NCBI GenBank assembly: GCA_051294905.1
Contig: CM119378.1
Span: 4,342,001-4,406,000, forward strand
Direction: 5' to 3'
Length of the DNA: 64,000 nucleotides
Source: Botryllus schlosseri
Lineage: Eukaryota
Under the pieces are notes generated by a model. That model worked only from the letters and a program-made list of their open reading frames with translations. It searched no databases and had not been told where the DNA came from. Positions 27,011 through 39,730 of the stretch are shown piece after piece. Within the stretch, counting starts at the first letter, position 1. Each line of letters starts with the position of its first letter. The translations under genes and the position numbers were made by a program.

Positions 27011-30000
27011 GGTAGATTGGCAGTGTGACGCAACAATGCTGTCTGGCGAGACGAGAGAATAACTCAAGAGCAAGGATGCGGCCGAGCGGCGAGAGTGGGA
27101 TCAGCTGACGTCCCGGCTATGTGCAATCGCGTCGCAGAGAAACGCTGCGCTGTTGATACTTTTTCTATTTGCTTCGGTACAAGCGAGCACGCCTTATCAG
27201 CCTTTCCTTGATTTTTAAGGGTAGAACTGGGTCCACAGAATGTATTAGGGCCCTACCAATTTCCGCGCATTATCTTTCAACTGATAGAGATATTTAGGCT
27301 ACGTCTAAGTAGTCTACATTGGATATGTCACATTATTATGATATCGATTGCCTTAGCCCGCTTGTTGCGTGTAGGGCTCCAGAGACGCGTGGCGCTGTTG
27401 ATACTTTCTATAGGCGCTTCGCTAAAAGCGAGCACACATTACCAGCGTTTTCCTTGATTTGTAAGGGTAGAACTTGGTCCGCAGAATGTATTTGGTCCCT
27501 ACCAATCTTCGCGCAATATCTTTCAGCTGATGGAGATATGTAGGTTACGTCTAAGTCAGTGGTTCCCAAACGGTGGGGAATTCCCCACTGGTGGGGAATT
27601 CAATGGTTTCTGGTGGGGAATGGACGCATTTGTTAGAAATTTTATACAGGACAGTCCACATATTCACGGAGACACATGAGCAATTACCGCTACCAGTTAA
27701 CTGCTCTGGAATGTATGTATCGAAAATTATATTGTGTGTTGTTCACAAAACCTCATTTTTGACTCTGGATGGCCAATGATGGCGTCACAAACACATTCAG
27801 CACGACTAATTTGACGTGAAATAACGCTTTCGCGAAATTATGAGCGTTACTGGTATCGGTTCACAATTCGTTTTATGTTGCAGTTATATGCGATTTTCTT
27901 GCGTACTGGTGTGGTTGTGTGTCTTGTGTAGTCTAGGGTTGCCATACGTCCGGAATTCCCCGGACATGTCCGGAATTTCACTGTTAAAACTGCGTCCGGA
28001 ATTTCCGAAATATGCCTAAATGTCCGGAATTTTGAAGTAAGCTTATAATTTTTTCCAAAATCAACATAAACAATATTATTTTTGGGCAGTTTATGCTACA
28101 TTAAATTTTATTCGCGCTGCGCGCGATTTAGTAACACGTAAATTGATTTTAATACGGGGACTACCACCCTCGCAAAAACTGCGATCAAAAATTAATAAAA
28201 ATATCATTAAGTTACAGAAATAAGTTTAAGTGTAATCGCAATTACAAGATAACGGTATATTCATTGAGTCGGTTTGGGCTGTTTGGACATATGACTTAGC
28301 CATGTACAAGATAGTGTCAATATAGCGTAAACCGACAAGATAGCGTAATGGTGACGCGTCCGGCTACTTGATCGGTAGGTTCGTGGGATCGGTAGGTCGT
28401 GGGACCGAAGACCTGATTAGTAACACTTGTATCCATGACTTCCCTGCTCGGCGCATTGTGATAGCATGGAGAGGTGGTGCGAGACTTAGAAAGTCGTACA
28501 CTGCAGCTTCCTTGTCCAGTGGCATATGCACATCATGTGCTCATGGTATGCATACGTATATGCACAGATCGTGTGTATGTATATCATGAGTCGGTGTAGG
28601 CTATATGTCGCAAAAACATCAACTCTGACCATAGATAGTAATCTATGGAAGAACCAATACTATTGACATAATTCATTCCAATCAATTAACGACCAGATGC
28701 ATATAGCAAGCCCTCAGAAGTTGCATCGCTTACCCTACGATCGGCTCATATAATCAGTGTTTATTTGGGCGCGAGGGGGCTGGAAAATGTGGCTTCGGTC
28801 CTAGTTACAACTTGCCATACACAACCACACACTCCTGGATCGGATCGTGACCACCTCTAGTCGATAGACAAAGCTTTTCTAGTGTGACGTCGTGTTGATC
28901 CACAATGTGCTCATACCTCATTTTGAAATCCGCTAGTGGGCGCTAAAGAGCGTACGGAATTTACGTTACAAAAATATGGTAACCCTAGTGTAGTCAAATC
29001 AGCAAATGTTATGTGACGACAAAAGTGCTGGATAGTGGGGAACAGGACCGTAACTGCCGCACCCCGAACCCCCCAATTGGGGAGGTGGCAAGCTCGAAGG
29101 GGCCCAAAATTATTTCGTGAATTACCATAAATTAAAGTATTTTTTTAAATTTATGCCACTTTTTCGAAAAATTTTCGCGCTGTGTGCGCGATTTAATATT
29201 GTCGAATTTCTGATTATTGGGTACCCTTCCGCCACGAAACTACGTAGAATTTATAGAAATGGAGACTTCGGCGTCGGCCGTTACTGCACCACGACGCACC
29301 AAGGCATATGAAGTTATAGGAAAATAATTTGCCAGTAAAGCAATACCAATTTGAAACCGTGTGTGCCTTTTAGTTTTGGCAATTCCATATCTTTTGGCAT
29401 AACAGATATAGGAGGCCACGCAATAGCATAATGTAACGAAGTCAATATACCAACGGGTCCGCCCAAAGATGTTCAATTCTTATTTAGGGGTCCTACCTTT
29501 TCCAACACACCTCCCTCAGCTCTACCGGTAAATCTGATTACGTGAGCTAGGGGAGATGAAAAATTGATAGCTAAATATATGAAATTCCCGTTTCCGATTC
29601 AAACACGAATTATATAAATTTTTCGCCCTTCGCGCGTTTAGTCGTAGTAAGGCGACGCGCTGAACAGTAGACCCAATGCAGCTGGTAAGTTGCAGAGAAA
29701 AGCGTACAGGCTCAGCGGTGCTGAGGGGATTCCGGGGGCCCAAGACCAACGTTTTTGACGTTTGACAAAGAGCTGTTACGGTCTTGGTGGGGAATGTAGG
29801 CTCGGAATAATTCTGAAGTGGGGAATGATGACAAAAAGGTTGGGAACCACTGGTCTAAGTAGTCTACATTGGATATGTCAGATTATTATGATATCGATTA
29901 CCGTAGCCCGCTTGTTGTGTAGGGCTCTTGAGATGCGTGGCGCTGTTGATACTTTCGATAGGCGCTTCGCTAAAAGCTAGCACACATTACCAGCCTTTCC

Positions 30001-31606
30001 TTGATCTGTAAAGGTAGAACTGGGTCCACAGAATGTATTTGGGACCTACGAATTTTCCTGCAATATTCTTCAACTTATAGAGATCCTTCCGTCTCGGTAT
30101 AGCTATAAGTATACATTAAAATTGTATTAGCCCGCTTGTAGTGACGGTCCCCAGAGGCAAGTTGCGCTGTTGATGGCGGGTGTCGATGCTTTCTATACTA
30201 TAGTCGCTTTTATGGTTAAGTGTGAGCAATGAGCATTGAGCATGGGCATTGGGCATACATTACAAGCTTTTATTTTATCCATAAGGGTAGGACTTGGTCC
30301 GCGAATGCAGCAGGTAAAATGTTGATTGTTGAATAAAGTTTAACAGCAGGGGTGTCAAATTAAACTGGTATCGCGGTCCGGATTCGATCCGTTATTAGAA
30401 AGCTTGCGGGCCATACCTGCCAAATGACTCCAATGTTACCACCAAATCCATACATCTTGTTTTTCACTGGAATATATCTGATATCACTATAAACGTTGAC
30501 GTTGGAATTTGCTTTATCATTTTTCAATCACCAAACAGTTTTTTTGAATGCCAGGGACCTTTTGCGTCAAAGGTAATACAGTGGTATCACAGATATTTGA
30601 ATTATATTCCTTCTGTAGCCTGTATTTATATTCCTAATGCAGTAAAACGGATTTTCATTATTTTTTCGCATCTGTGAATAACTGAATGTCCATTCAGCCC
30701 AACAGAGTTTGCACTTTTTCGCCTTCTCGGAATTTGGTGTCAAGGTCACCGGCATGGTGCTAATGGGGACTAGAATAAAAACTCAACACTGTAGTTGTAT
30801 TACTACAATATCATATATTTACATTATCTAAATTTGCTGTCTTGAGTGAATGAGTGATGCAGACTGATTATACACAACTACTTTTTACATTACTAGTCCA
30901 AAGTACAAGTACAAATCAAGGAAAGGCTGGTAATGTGTGCTCGCTTTTAGCGAAGCGCCTATAGAAAGTATCAACAGCGCCACGCGTCTCTGGAGCCCTA
31001 CGCAACAAGCGGGCTAAGGCAATCGATATCATAATAATGTGACATATCCAATGTAGACTACTTAGACGTAGCCTAAATATCTCTATCAGTTGAAGGATAA
31101 TGCGCAAAAATTGGTAGGGCCCTAATACATTCTGTGGACCCAGTTCTACCCTTAAAAGTCAAGGAAAGGCTGGTAAGGCGTGCTCGCTAGTACCGAAGCA
31201 AATAGAAAAAGTATCAACAGCGCAGCGTTTCTCTGCGACGCGATTGCACATAGCTATTGCCGGGACGTCAGCTGATCCCACTCTCGCCGCTCGGCCGCAT
31301 CCTTGCTCTTGAGTTATTCTCTCGTTCCTACAGACAGCATTGTTGCGTCACACTGCCAATCTACCTAACAATGAATAATTTGGGGCTGATTGTGGGGGTT
31401 CCAGGGCCATGAGTGGAATAAAATTTATATTTTCGTAATCAGGGCAGAGTCAGCTTTCGATTGATACCCGATTCAACAAATTTATTGCTCGGCAAGCCGG
31501 TCAAAAATAACCGTCAAATTGCCTGTAGCCAAATGGAAATCGTGACGTGATACAATTTCATTGAACCGTGCGATTTGCTTGTGTCGACACCATATAGGAC
31601 ACTATG
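27009..31606. mobile_element. Long foldback element with tandemly repeated arms; left end lost
   Basis: 27009-27463 is the inverse of 30910-31367. ~240-bp internal tandem units. 31367-31606 matches the TIR of the 34217 family. Confidence 0.75.
27557..29852. mobile_element. hAT MITE with two nested hATs
   Basis: TIR CAGTGGTTCCCAA; TSD GTCTAAGT. Contains 27934-28987 (TAGGGTT(G/A)CCATA, TSD GTGTAGTC) and 29043-29786 (TSD GTGGGGAA). Confidence 0.9.
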
Positions 31607-31938
31607 GTGTAAGTAATGCGATGGCGGCTTGGCACTGGATTTCCTGTGCGAGAGGGATATTCTTGTTAACTCGCTGTAAAATACCGCGGTCAAGTAGGCA
31701 TTTGAAGAGAAGCAAAAAATTATACATTAGAATTAAAATTAGAGCATAGAAACACTTCACGAATTAGATTAGAATTAGAATTAGAGCTTAAGAACAATTC
31801 ACAAATTAGATTAGAATTAGAACTATTCATCATTGGTTTATTAGCAATTTAATCAGTTCAATACACCACAAAAAATGCGATACAATGAAAAGACAGGAAG
31901 ATGTCCAAGCGACTTGGAGTAGCCTGGAATCAGACACC

Positions 31939-32881
31939 AGAAACCAACCTCCACTGTGAAATATCTAGGGATACACATTGACAATGATATGTCTTGGAGA
32001 TCCCATATCGAGTTGCTAGTGTCAAAAGTTTCTCGCGCTTGTGGTGTGCTGTCACGGGTATCTCGTTTACTTCCCAGATCAGTTCTAAGAACTCTATACT
32101 TTTCCATAATTCATCCTCATCTGTTATATGGTATTATTTTTTGGGGCACAACTTTCAAAACGTACTTGCAAGCCTTATCTGTTCAACAAAATAGAGCTAT
32201 CCGCTCAATATGCCGTCTAGGGCCACGGGACAGTGTTCAGCAAGCATACAGATCCCTCAACATATTAACAGTTCCTAAAATGTGCTCTCTAGAAATTGCA
32301 AAGTTGATGCATAGATACCATAATGGCAATATTTCTGATGCATTGCTAGGCCTATTTCTTCTCCAAAAAGACGTCCATACTTATAATACCAGATCTGCTT
32401 CTTCTAACAACTATTTTATTCCACGTGTGTCTTCAATGGCTCAAAGATCTATTGTCTTTTTAGGACCAAAACTGTGGGGTGAGATTCCAACTGAATTGAA
32501 AAATAAGTCTTTTAACGAATTTAAATATCATTATAAAAAGCAGCTCTTACAATCATAACCTTATGGCTACTGTTTAGTTTCTTCATTCTCATACCATTGA
32601 GAGTTTGGTACCGTTTGTATTGTTTACTTGTTATTTTACCAACTGTTTAGTTACTTGTTATTATATAGCTAGATTGACAGCAGTGATATGCCAAATCATT
32701 AACTATAGATATACATATATGGGTTATATGTAATTGGTATTGCATGTTGACCTATATATGACTGTCTGTTTAATGTATGAGGTGACCAGCTGACTTGAAG
32801 GCCTGAAGGTCGTATCGCTGGCCACCATTTCACAGCATTACTTTCTTACACATGAAAATAAACTTCTGTCTGTCTGTCTGT
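31939..32881 (+). mobile_element. 5'-truncated LINE (CR1/L2-group) ORF2 3' end
   Basis: ORF 31956-32558 (KYLGIHIDNDMSWRSHI..YGIIFWG..HTYNTRS), AATAAA 32857-32862, (CTGT)n tail, CACC on both sides. Confidence 0.9.
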
Positions 32882-33306
32882 CACCCACCTTGGCCTGGCC
32901 TTGGCCCACCTTGCTCGGCAAGCCGGTCAAAAATTACTGTCAAATTGCCTTTAGCCAAATGGAGAGTGTAACGTAGACCAATTTAACTGAGCTGCGAGAT
33001 TTGCTTGTGTCCGCACCACATAGGACCTAACGCTGCAGCAAGTTTCAAAATTACCGCTACATATCCACGAAATAGCGATCCAAAAGTTGGACGCTTCACA
33101 ATTACTTCATATCATCGGAAAAGATGCGAATGCAATATACTAGCTATTGTAAATATATCGATCGACCCGAATAAATACGACTAGGGAAGTTCGATATAAA
33201 CGGAGTAAAAATATACATCGTTCATGAATAAACTAACCGCTTGATGTCCCACGAGGGTATCGGTAAACCGTGACGACGGTATGTAGAGGTTTCTTGCCAC
33301 GAGTGA

Positions 33307-33320
33307 TTCTTTTCGATTTC
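33307..33320 (+). promoter_or_regulatory. 5'-TOP/TCT-like pyrimidine start of RPL7A
   Basis: TTCTTTTCGATTTC about 25 nt upstream of the ATG-only first exon, as is typical of ribosomal protein genes. Confidence 0.65.
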
Positions 33321-33333
33321 ACTACGCCGCAGG

Positions 33334-36300
33334 ATGGTGGGTTTCTGAAGTTATCTAACCTAATCGCCCCTGCAGTTGATACAGCGCGGGTTTAATTTAT
33401 AGTAGTCATGTAAGATGAATATACTGTATCAAATGGTACGAATCAGTCTCGTATAGTTGCAACGATATTAGGAAGGAATATGGTTACGATTTCGTGCCGT
33501 TATTACGTTCGTCAAATGAATACTGTGTCTTCCGTTCCAGCCTAAAGGAAAGAAAGCAAAAGGAAAGCGTGTGGCCCCGGCCCCGCATCTGGCGCGAAAG
33601 GCGCAAGCCAAGAAAGTTACCAATCCTCTCTTCGAAAAACGACCCAAAAACTTCGCAATTGGTGTGTACAGTGTTGAGTTTTGCTGTTTCTCATACGATA
33701 ACTATAGATTGTTGGTAATAGACTGATCACGGATTTCTATTTATAGTGGCTGTTATATCCGAGTGCTATGCATATGCGTACTATATAGGCAACTTTGATT
33801 ATATTTTATAGTACTGCACAGAACGTGCACTGTTGTCTGATATGCTTGTGGCTTAATTTTAACCGTTGTTCGATTACTTTCCTGTTATAAAAATGCTTGA
33901 GGTGCGTTTTCTACAATCTTCAATTTGTACTATTACACAGGCGGTGACATCCAGCCGAAGAGAGATCTTACAAGATTTGTAAAATGGCCCAAGTACATCC
34001 GTTTGCAGAGGCAGAAGGTTGTATTGCAAAGACGCCTGAAAATCCCACCTGCGATCAACCAGTTCTCGAATGCTCTCGATAGGCAAACCGGTAAGAATGA
34101 TATTGAACAAGTGCGTATGAGCTTGTCATCGCTCTTTTATGTGACCCGTGACTCAACAAATCATACCACCCTTGATTAGTTCTTCGACATGACCTTTTCT
34201 TAACTCTTAGTTATACCATAGTGTCCTATATGGTGTCAACACAGGCAAATCTAACGCCTCAGTGGAATTGTATCACATCACAATTTCCATTTGGCTACAG
34301 GCAATTTGACGGTCATTTTTGACCGGCTTGCCGAGCATTAAAATTAGTAAAATGGGTATCAATCGAGAGCTGACTCTACGCTGATTACGAAAACATGAAT
34401 TTTATTCCGCTCGTGGCCCTGGAACTCCACAATCAGCGTCGAATTTTTCATTGTTATGGACCTAGATGGAATCTCTGTCCATTTTTTAAAATAAATCCTG
34501 GGTGATGAGAGCTTTTCTATATAGAATAATTAAGGAATTAATCAGAAAATCCTGGGTGACGTTGCCACCAATTCCACTCCGGGTTATGGATATTGGCTTG
34601 GCATTGGGACGCAACGATGCTGTCTCTTTTTCTTTTGAGCTACTCTCTTCTTTCGCCAGACAGCATTGTTGCGTCCCAATGCCAATCTCCATAACAATAA
34701 AAAATTCGAGGCTGATTGTGGGCGTTCCAGGGCCACGAGCGGAATAAAATTTATATTTTCGTAATCAGTGCAGAGTCAGCTTTCGATTGATACCCATTTT
34801 ATCAAATTTGATGCTCGGCAAGCTGGTCAACAATGACCGTCAAAGTGCCTGTAGCCAAATATAAATTGTGACGTGATACAATTTCATTAAGGCGTGAGAT
34901 TTGCATGTGTCGACACCATATAGGACACTATGGTTATACATTGTATAGTGGCCTTCGTGTGTCTTATAATACCTCAAAATTTTGTGCTGTGTGATGATGT
35001 TCAGTGTCGATTTCAGTTAATGAGCTTGTGTTTTCTCAGGGTGTAAAGTTTAATTGATGCCCCTTGCACATCTGTGCAAGTTACATTTGCTTTTAGCAAA
35101 TGATTGCCATCCCACGCTCGAATTGATTGCCGGCAAGATCACGTGTGTCCTGATGAATTATTGATGTTGACCTCAAAATTTGATTGCTTAAATAAGAAAA
35201 TTTTCGCACCGATGGGCTGAGATTGTCCAAATGTCCCATCTCTTGGAAAATTGCCATAGTCGCGCAGTGAATTTTGCCGGCAATTATTCGACTACTGGTA
35301 ATGGTGAATGGAAGTGACACTGAATCTGTTAAAACAGCAACCGCATTTTTCAAATTGGCCAATAAGTACCGTCCCGAAAGCAAGCAAGAAAAAAAGGATC
35401 GTTTGAGAAGGCGTGCAGAAGAAAGGTGAATATGTGGCTCTGTTATAGAACCTTTGCTGGTGGAATCCCATTTCCTGAATGACACTAACAACGCCTTTGC
35501 ATTGATGAATTCCTCGGTCAAGGGGTGTATCTATATTTTGACGATCTCATCAAATATTGTAATTATAGAATCAGTATCACGATGAACTCAACTGCATATT
35601 GATATTACTAGAGTTATGTATTTAAGTTTATAAAATTCCATTTCATGAATGACGCACACTTAATAACGTGATGGAATTGAGGAATTTCTCGGTTTAGAAA
35701 GGGTGTATATATAATCCCGAATTCGCCAGCCATTGTACCTCGATGCTGCCTGGTTATTTTTTATTATTCTACTTGACTACCACCCGTCGTCTCTGGAATT
35801 GGATTGGCTTATGTCTATTTTTCACATTTTTGTAAAATATTCATGTGATATGGCCTCATCTTGTCCCTATGGAATCTCGGTTCATTTTTTTGAATAAATT
35901 CTGCGGGACGTTGCCACCAATTCCACTCTATATCTTGGCCATGGTTATTTCGAGAACCAGGTGATTCCACTGACGCAATGTCGGCTGTGGCTTGACTGTA
36001 CCATGAAATATTTCATAACTTTGCCTTGATGCTGTCTCACTAGGTTTCAACTCTATTTACAGAGCCGCCGGGAAGCCAGACACCCCCACACGTCGCCCGA
36101 ATGTCGTCTCAAGTGGTGTGGCCACCGTTACGAATCTGGTCGAAAGAAAGAAGGCTCAGCTAGTTGTCATTGCCCATGACGTTGAACCTGTTGAGGTATG
36201 TCGTGACAGTATACCACATACTTCGATCGAGTTATGTTTAATCTATGCCATGTTTTTTATTTAGATCGTCATCTTTCTACCAGCTCTGTGCCGTAAGATG

Positions 36301-36915
36301 AACGTGCCCTATTGCATCGTCAAGGGAAAAGCTCGTCTCGGCCGATTGGTACATCGCAAGACTTGCACTTGCGTCGCCATCACTGACGTGAATAAGTAAG
36401 TGTTGTGTATGCTCTGTCGTTGTTAAATTGTACCCGATGATTACAGACAATATTTGCTAACGGAAATTCGTATGTCGAATCATCCACCAAGATCTCTGAG
36501 GGCACTGCATTCGTGTCTAATTCGTGGCAGGCTGTCCACGGTGGTTAGTGACACTGTAATTCTGTTTCAGTGATGACAAGTCTTCGCTCAGCAAGCTCAT
36601 TGACACCGTCAGAACCAACTACAACGAAAGGTTCGACGAGGTGAGTGCGATTTATGATTTCGCCTTGAAATTTCTCACTGTGATGAAAGAATTTCTTCAC
36701 CTGAAAACTTTCTCGCTGACTGAAGCATTGACAAACCTGAGTGACATCTGCTCTTCCGTAGGATTGCGGGAGTTGGAATTCTGTCGAATTTGAATTCTGT
36801 TTTGCAGATCCGTAAGCACTGGGGTGGTCAAATCATGGGCAACAAGTCCATGGCTTTGGTCGCGAAGCAAGAGAAGTTGAGAGCTAAGGAATTGGCTGAT
36901 AAAGCTAAAATGTGA
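33334..36915 (+). CDS. RPL7A: 60S ribosomal protein L7a (eL8), 8 coding exons, 267 aa
   Basis: Exons, all GT-AG and phase-consistent: 33334-33336 (ATG), 33541-33661, 33941-34090, 35338-35425, 36063-36195, 36265-36395, 36571-36640, 36808-36915 (804 nt). Translation [16 protein letters not shown]...[38 protein letters not shown]...[49 protein letters not shown]...IRKHWGG...AKM*. AATAAA at 36927-36932. Confidence 0.98.
34217..34932. mobile_element. Foldback MITE (P/Galileo-like) in RPL7A intron 3
   Basis: ~240-bp imperfect TIRs starting CATAGTGTCCTATATGGTGTC; perfect 7-bp TSD GTTATAC. Confidence 0.92.
36430..36505 (+). ncRNA. SNORD24: C/D snoRNA U24-like in RPL7A intron 6
   Basis: Box C variant ATGATTA 36437-36443, guide AATATTTGCTA before D' CGGA, guide CCACCAAGATC before D CTGA 36496-36499, CCC/GGG stem. 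Both guides complement the conserved LSU rRNA segment GATCTTGGTGGTAGTAGCAAATATT. D box is 71 nt from the acceptor. Confidence 0.92.
36675..36744 (+). ncRNA. SNORD36: C/D snoRNA U36(C)-like in RPL7A intron 7
   Basis: Box C GTGATGA 36680-36686, guide GAATTTCTTCAC (complements LSU GTGAAGAAATTC), D' CTGA 36701-36704, D CTGA 36737-36740, TCAC/GTGA stem. AAGAATTTCTTCACCTGA matches vertebrate U36C as recalled. Confidence 0.92.
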
Positions 36916-37004
36916 TTTTTCTTGACAATAAATGTGTCGTTGAGATGTCGTAGATTCGTCATTTGCCAGGGTTGTGAATTTTCAAAGATATGATGGTTTG
37001 TTAG

Positions 37005-38361
37005 TAGGGCTGGGCAAAACCGAGTACCTGAGTGATTCGATTCTGAATCACGTAAAATGCTTCGAGTCGACTCGAGTATCACTCGCTATGACGTCACAAC
37101 AGAACATAGTATGTCAAAGTTGAAAAATATACCTTTTATCCCACCACAAAGAATATAATGCCTGTTATGCGTCACATTAAAGATACTTCGGTATTTTTTC
37201 GACCATACCGATTTCATTGCTCTTGTTGACAATGTTGTGGGATGATGATGACTTTGAGGATGTGTTATTTCCAGTAAAGTTCGTAGCTTTGTACTATGTC
37301 TCGTATTCTGCGACACGGCCAATCAAGGCTACCTCAGTGGAAAATGGTATCAAGCAGTGGCGGCTCGTCCTATAGGGCAACTGGGGCATTGCCCCACCTA
37401 AAATTCTGTTCAATAACAATTCTTTACCATTTATAGACGCACACCTATCTATATAAACCGAAATCACAGCGAAAATCGTATACTTCTTGTCCTTTCGCTT
37501 GTAAATGCCCATATATAGCGAAGTCTATGCGAAAATCGAATTCTCTTCTGTGTTTTCGCTTTGCGAATGCCTAGCCGGGGCTTGCCCCGGTAGCGCTCAT
37601 AACAAGCTTTCACTGTCTATTCTCTCAAAACCGCGCACAATAAAGAAACGGTGATTTACTCTCTCGGTAATATATTTTTCAAAGGCGATTTCGCAGCAGA
37701 CCTATAAGACAGTAATAAAAACGTATGTGTCGTGTTACAGTCTCCAGTTTCAAGGCCAAAATCTTTTATGCTGTACCGAGACCAAATTTCCGAGGCTGCT
37801 ATTCTTTACAATGATGTTTTGGATTCAATAGGACAGGCCCAATCTATGAGATAACAATTGCGTATCTGTCCGAATTCGTTTACCTTTCCAATTAGGCTTA
37901 CGCTATCTCTCGAGTTATAGTCATTTCCATTTCTGCAGATAATTAGTCAGGTCTAATGCGAACATGAACCGTGTTGAATCTTTGTTCCGTACGCCGTTTA
38001 CGCAGTTACCACACTTTAAGTCACAGCTCACCAGCGGACCTCTCGTGGCACATACGTTAAAATCACTGTTGCCGGGAAATTCATGTTACCGTACCATCAT
38101 TAAGTTACTTGTTTACGTTGGAAAACGCCATTGTGACGTCATCTTGATAAAAAGTCGCTTGCATCCCTTGCCCCACCACCCGATATTGTCACGAGCCGCC
38201 ACTGGTATCAAGACTATAATTCTCGATAGTAAATTAACTTTTAGTTGCGAGGAGCGCATAATTTCAGTACTCGAAAAACTCATCTTTTACTACTCGACTC
38301 GAATCATTATAATTAATACTCGATTCAGATTCGAGTCCTCGAATCATTGTGCCCAGCCCTA
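37005..38361. mobile_element. hAT MITE with a nested hAT
   Basis: TIR TAGGGCTGGGCA; TSD TTTGTTAG. Nested element 37355-38204 (TIR CAGTGGCGGCTCGT, TSD GTATCAAG). Partial relative at ~25837-26150. Confidence 0.9.
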
Positions 38362-39730
38362 TTTGTTAGCCAACTTTTGACACCGGGGATAGGGTTTATT
38401 TATGAGCTATATCAAATATTTTGGAGGATAAACTCTTTGAGAACAGCACATGCACATGCCGGATGACCGGTTGTAGTCTCTTGAAATGACATCCACCTCG
38501 GCCTAGTCCCCGATGTCTCAGTTCCCTTTGCGATGTTAGTCTCTATTCCGCGGATCTTCCCATTCTTAGTGGGTGCGCTATTCGATCGGGTCTTTCCCGA
38601 CGGGGCCGATGCATCATCGAAGCGAACAGTCATTAACTTGAAAATGTTCAATCGCTATTAATTTGTTGCGACAGGGAGTACGATACGATTTAACTTCCCT
38701 AAAGTACTGGAGGTGGACTGGGAGATAGAGACTTGAGTCCACGGTATACTGGATCTCAGGGTTCCGAGCAACAAGTCAATCTCACTCTATCAGGTTCGAA
38801 TCGAGTCAAGTCCGCGAGCAGAGGTTCGAGTCCTAGTGGAGACCCGCGTTTTTCAACTGTGCTCGGTGATATCGAATGCTTCGCATTCAAAACATACAAA
38901 TTTTACCTCACTTAAACAGTTTCTGGTCGCACTTCAAGTTCAAATAGCTGAAATACCAATATTGTGGTAACTTTACCCTTCTCCGAAATTACAATGAAAT
39001 ATGTGTCTTGGACGTCCAAGTCTCGAGTCACATGACTTGCTCCAAGTCATACGCAATGACTCGAGTACAAGTCGAATCAATACACAGATTGATTCAAGTA
39101 GAGGCTAGTCAGCCCTCACTTGTACCAGGCCACGATCTGACATATCGATCTCGCCTTCCGTCACATGCCTCCTCCTTTTGGCGCTTGTCTATTTTTTCAT
39201 CTTCTTCTACTCTTCATTCTGTGTGCACTGTGCAATTGCTATGGTGCAATTGTGCATGCCTCCTCGTCTTTACATCGCCTAGGTCAGGGTATGTGTGTGA
39301 TTCTCCAAATCGTTTCGACACCTTCCTGTCTTTTCATTTTATCGCAGTCTCATTGTGAGTTGACTTGATGAGAATTCTGAATAAATTGAACCCGATTCAT
39401 TAAATTGATTGCATTCATTACGGTGATTACATCCCTGTTAGATCCAAACGAGATAAATAGATGGTATTTTTATTTATATTCTAATCTACAATCCGGTAGA
39501 AGGCAGAAGCGGGCGATTTTGCTCAGGATAGCAAATTCGGGTACAATGGTCTTGTAAAGAATCTCCTTGCGAGTGTATTGACTCCTAGGTGTAAGGTATA
39601 CTCAGTCGTTTACAGAGAAGATAGACTTAGAAAAGACGAATGTAAGGGTATGGTTACATTGCAGTGAAGCAGTGCTCTTCTTGTGAGTTCCCTTCCCAGC
39701 TGCCGTCGGCAGCTAATTCTTGAAGGCTTC

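Noticed and set aside
26419..27015. Mirror-image ORFs on both strands
   Set aside because: Artefact of the palindromic MITE.
28630..28647. CATAGATAGTAATCTATG as another excision footprint
   Set aside because: It resembles the 26436 TIR, but the flanks do not form a TSD.
35093..35521. 142-aa minus ORF
   Set aside because: Antisense shadow of RPL7A exon 4 and its introns.
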